NCBI GenBank assembly: GCA_026026165.1
Contig: JAPEUD010000064.1
Span: forward strand, 124,001-147,628
DNA: 23,628 nucleotides
Direction: 5' to 3'
Source of the DNA: Sarea resinae
Taxonomy: Eukaryota
Under the pieces are notes generated by a model that had not been told where the DNA came from, did not search any database, and saw only the letters and a program-made list of their open reading frames with translations. Below, piece by piece: positions 20,366 through 23,628 of this stretch. The translations under genes were made by a program, and so were the position numbers. Within the stretch, counting starts at the first letter, position 1; each line of letters begins with the position of its first letter.

Positions 20366-22534
20366 CTATTTGTAGGTATGGAAGACCTTGGGGTTAACCC
20401 ACGACCGAAGGCCATGGGGACCCCACTCGCCGCCAAGACCACTCTCCTTGAGTCCTCCGAGGTACCCTTGGGGCACGAGAATCTCCCAGGAGTTGATGAA
20501 GACGGTGCCCACCTCGAGCTTGGCGCCGAGTTCTTGGGCGTGCGCGACATCGCGGCCCCAGACACAGCCGGCAAGACCCGTGTTAGTGTCGTTGGCGCGG
20601 CGGATCACTTCTTCCTCGGTGCTCCAGGATTGGACGGGTAAGATTGGGCCTGAAGAGGTACGTTGATTAGTCTAGTTTGTATGTGGGAAATGGATGGGAG
20701 GTGGAGAATGAGGGCGAAGCGAATAGGTCAGGGAGTGGGACGCGGAGCGGAGACGTCATGTTAGGCGGAAGACAAGAAACAGTGGAGCTAAGGCAGCTGA
20801 GCACAGTGGGCTTACCAAATGGCTCCTCCTTTACAATTCTCGAGTCATCAGGTGGGTTGTCAATGATGGTCGGTTGGATGAAGTAGCCGTCGGCCTGCGA
20901 GGGATTAGGCGTCCCTGCAGCAAACCGATAACCGCTGTGCTTGCTGTCTTCGAAATATCCAAGCACCTTCTTGTACTGCACCTCGTTTTGAACAGGGCCG
21001 ATCTTGTGCTCCTTCACGGCAGAGACCATGGCTGCGATAAAGGGCTTGTAGATGGATTCGTGGACGAAAACACGCTTTGTGGCAACACACATCTGTTTTG
21101 GGCGAGTTGGATGAGACGAATATTCGGGGTACATGGCGGGGAGCAATACGTACTTGGCCAGAGTTGAAGAAAGCACCCTCGACGCATCTCCGGGCGACAT
21201 ACTCAACGTCAACGTCGGGTAGAATGATAGCGGCATCATTACCACCGCTGAATCACCCAGTCAGTCACCCATCACAATCAGAAGGCATTGCCGTCAAATC
21301 GGTACTCACAGCTCGAGCGTACAAGGCTTCAACTGCTTGGCGCAAACCTGGGCGATCTTTCGTCCGGTTGGGATCGAACCAGTGAAAGAGATTTTGCCAA
21401 TCTCAGGATGTTCTGTGAGCCAAGGACCTAGATTGTCGTCTCCGTTGAGCACTTGCAAGACACCAGGCGGAAGGAACTTCTGGGCAATTTCGATAGCCTT
21501 GGCGAGGGCGTAAGGGGTGAACGGTCTGCAGTATCAGAAGATAAGGATCGATTATCGAGCTAACGGTGAAAGTGAGAGGGTACGCACGATGGCTTGACGA
21601 TCATAGTGTTTCCAGTAACCAGGGCAGGTCCAATTTTGCCAAAGGCTGTCTTGGTTAATAGACATACGCTGCATTCAGCGAGCTTGACGTACTCAGAATA
21701 AGAGGAACTGTAGAAACAATGAGCTCTGAGCCGTCTGTTTTATCGATGTTTACGAAGACTCACAATTCCACGGGGTGATGGCCGCCGAGACACCTGCCCA
21801 CCGGTAAGAAATATCCCAGAGGACCAATCAAGATAGACAGCCTACCAATGGGCTCATATTTGGTGGTGATGACCTTGGCATCATCCTCAAATCGATCTTC
21901 GGGGAGCCTCAGCTTCGCTGTGATGTCTTCTCAGCACATGGCGTGGCCAGATGTTGTCGCGCGAAACTTACAGTGATATCGAACATACTCTTGGGAGGTG
22001 AAAACTTCGAATTCGGCGAGTGACATCTAGCGACGCTGGTTGGATCATCTGCAAAGCCAGCCGCGCGACAATCATCCATGCACTTACCGGTTTCCCACAC
22101 TCTTTCGCCACGATGGTTGCCAGCTCCTTCGCATGCTTGGTCAGTTCCTGCAGCCACTGCTCCAAGAGCTCCGCACGTCCCTCCTGCGACTTGGCCGCCC
22201 AGGCCGGCAATGCTTTCTTTGCTGCCCTCACCGCATCCTCGACGTCTTCCGTGGTCGCCACGGGTAAATCCCACAGCTTCTCTTTGGTTGATGGATTGAC
22301 GCCGGAGAATGTGTGGGCCGCCCCTCTGGGCTTGCCGTTGATGATGTTGTCGAAAGTGGCGAAATTCATGTTTGACCAAGTGGGGGACGCAGCAAAGCAA
22401 TAGAGGTTGGTCGTATGGAAGTTTCGACGGAAGGCCGCCGACCTTTTAACCGGGATCCCCAAGACCCTCCTCAGCGCCGGGGCCGCGGCAGCTTGACGTG
22501 CCGCCACGCAGGGCAGCCTTGGGAATAATAACAT
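20366..22534 (-). CDS. NAD(P)-dependent aldehyde dehydrogenase, 10 exons (22534-22088, 22026-21972, 21917-21846, 21793-21764, 21707-21693, 21645-21588, 21525-21310, 21247-21154, 21092-20816, 20649-20366); 515 aa from ATG 22534 or 460 aa from ATG 22369
   Basis: Spliced product contains ECGKP, AITPWNFPL, GNTMIVKPSPFTP, ISFTGSIPTG, catalytic Glu TLELGGND, catalytic Cys FFNSGQMCVATKR, EEPFGP and GGLKESGLGGEWG. Nine GT-AG introns keep the frame to TAG 20368-20366. Confidence 0.92.
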
Positions 22535-22656
22535 GCTGATTTGTCAAGCACGAACAGATTCGACGTGGCTTGATTGTCGATGCCGAGGTGAGGCACCGCA
22601 GCTTTCTATCGGCGGAGATGGTCGGGGCACATTCGAGAGCAATTACTTAAGCTACC

Positions 22657-22664
22657 TGACGTAA
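22657..22664. promoter_or_regulatory. Possible ATF/CRE-type bZIP site (TGACGTAA) about 120 nt upstream of the ALDH upstream ATG
   Basis: Exact TGACGTAA/TTACGTCA octamer. A single site could be chance. Confidence 0.3.
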
Positions 22665-23058
22665 GTCATCGCCACTCTGGGGTGCGGCTACGGACGACTG
22701 CCGACAACCGCCACAACTACCGGCAACCACATACCGCAAGCACCACAACTGCCGACGCTAAGCTTGGGGTTCTCGGGGTCGGTCGTACAGACTACACTCC
22801 CTTCAGTAAGTGCGGTCGGAGGGCAGAAAGGGAGGTTGCCTCTGCGGAGAACGTCGGCTCTTCTAAAGGGCATTACTAAGCGGATCACTACATCGAGCGA
22901 AAGCGATGCTCGCTTGTTGCCGCAGACAGCCGGGGCTAGATGCGCTGGACGAGCATGCCGGCCTGAGAAACAGCAGACCTGGAAAAGAAGAGGGCAAAAT
23001 GCACATCAGGCATTAGGCAAGTATAAAGTCGCCATCAATAACCACCGTTAAAGTCTTA

Positions 23059-23083
23059 TGAAGCTGAAGCTGAAGCTGAAGCT
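23059..23083 (+). repeat. Hexamer tandem (TGAAGC)x4
   Basis: Directly visible. Confidence 0.9.
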
Positions 23084-23503
23084 CAAATTGTAAGCTGGCT
23101 GTTCTCGATGGGTCAGCAATCTTCGCACGAGTAGATTCTTATGCGCGGAACGAATATGTGAGTACTGAGGAGTATCCCCTTGTACTTGACGTCTCTCCGT
23201 TTGACATGATTCAGGGTTGGCCTTGATCTCTATAGACTCTGGATATAGAAGCAAATCAAGCACTAATTGAAAAGAAACCTCCCGTCTCGGCCTGAGCGTC
23301 GGGGTCGAGTTCATTTTCACTTGAGCCACCCAGGTCCTCTGGAGACAGGTGACATGCGAATAAAATCATTCCCCTTAGGAGGCTCGCTCCAACGACGGCG
23401 TATTATCGTCCCTGAGAGCACCATCGAAAAGATCTTCGTAGATCAGATCGCAGCATTCCAGCCGGACTAGAGAATTGTGACGCTTCTCGTGGCTTTGAGG
23501 GAC

Positions 23504-23628
23504 TTAGGGTTAGGGTTAGGGTTAGGGTTAGGGTTAGGGTTAGGGTTAGGGTTAGGGTTAGGGTTAGGGTTAGGGTTAGGGTTAGGGTTAGGGTTAGGGT
23601 TAGGGTTAGGGTTAGGGTTAGGGTTAGG
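23504..23628 (+). repeat. Telomere, (TTAGGG)20 plus TTAGG, running to the window end
   Basis: Perfect TTAGGG array with the G-rich strand pointing outward; the canonical filamentous-fungal telomere repeat. Confidence 0.98.

Noticed and set aside
22700..22756. Loose CCRCAAC-like reiterations in the ALDH upstream region
   Set aside because: Irregular spacing and low identity; not a CRISPR-like or structured array.
23048..23470. Short ORFs 23048-23329 (-) and 23267-23470 (+) next to the telomere
   Set aside because: No recognisable domain (no helicase or reverse-transcriptase motifs); left unannotated.

Overview
Right-hand end of a filamentous ascomycete (Pezizomycotina-type) chromosome. Short GT-AG introns, RIP-like AT/TpA-rich patches and a terminal (TTAGGG)n tract at 23504-23628 support this. 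Splicing by hand gives eight apparently intact genes: a SAM-methyltransferase-fold protein, a phenol-hydroxylase-type FAD monooxygenase, an MFS transporter, a secreted CpaO-like flavin oxidoreductase, a secreted AA3_2 FAD-glucose-dehydrogenase-type GMC enzyme, a GFA/CENP-V zinc protein, an uncharacterised 600-aa membrane glycoprotein and a 10-exon aldehyde dehydrogenase with a probable optional mitochondrial presequence. Three decayed genes lie among them: a TRI101-like acetyltransferase with a single nonsense codon, a relic of a PNP_UDP domain of the fungal NLR type, and a probable NRPS condensation-domain remnant. The window reads as a high-turnover subtelomeric detoxification/secondary-metabolism island, and the telomere begins abruptly under 1 kb from the last intact gene. 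Family assignments come from motif recognition only; no database search was run. I found no clear-cut novel system; the cluster-level interpretations are hypotheses.
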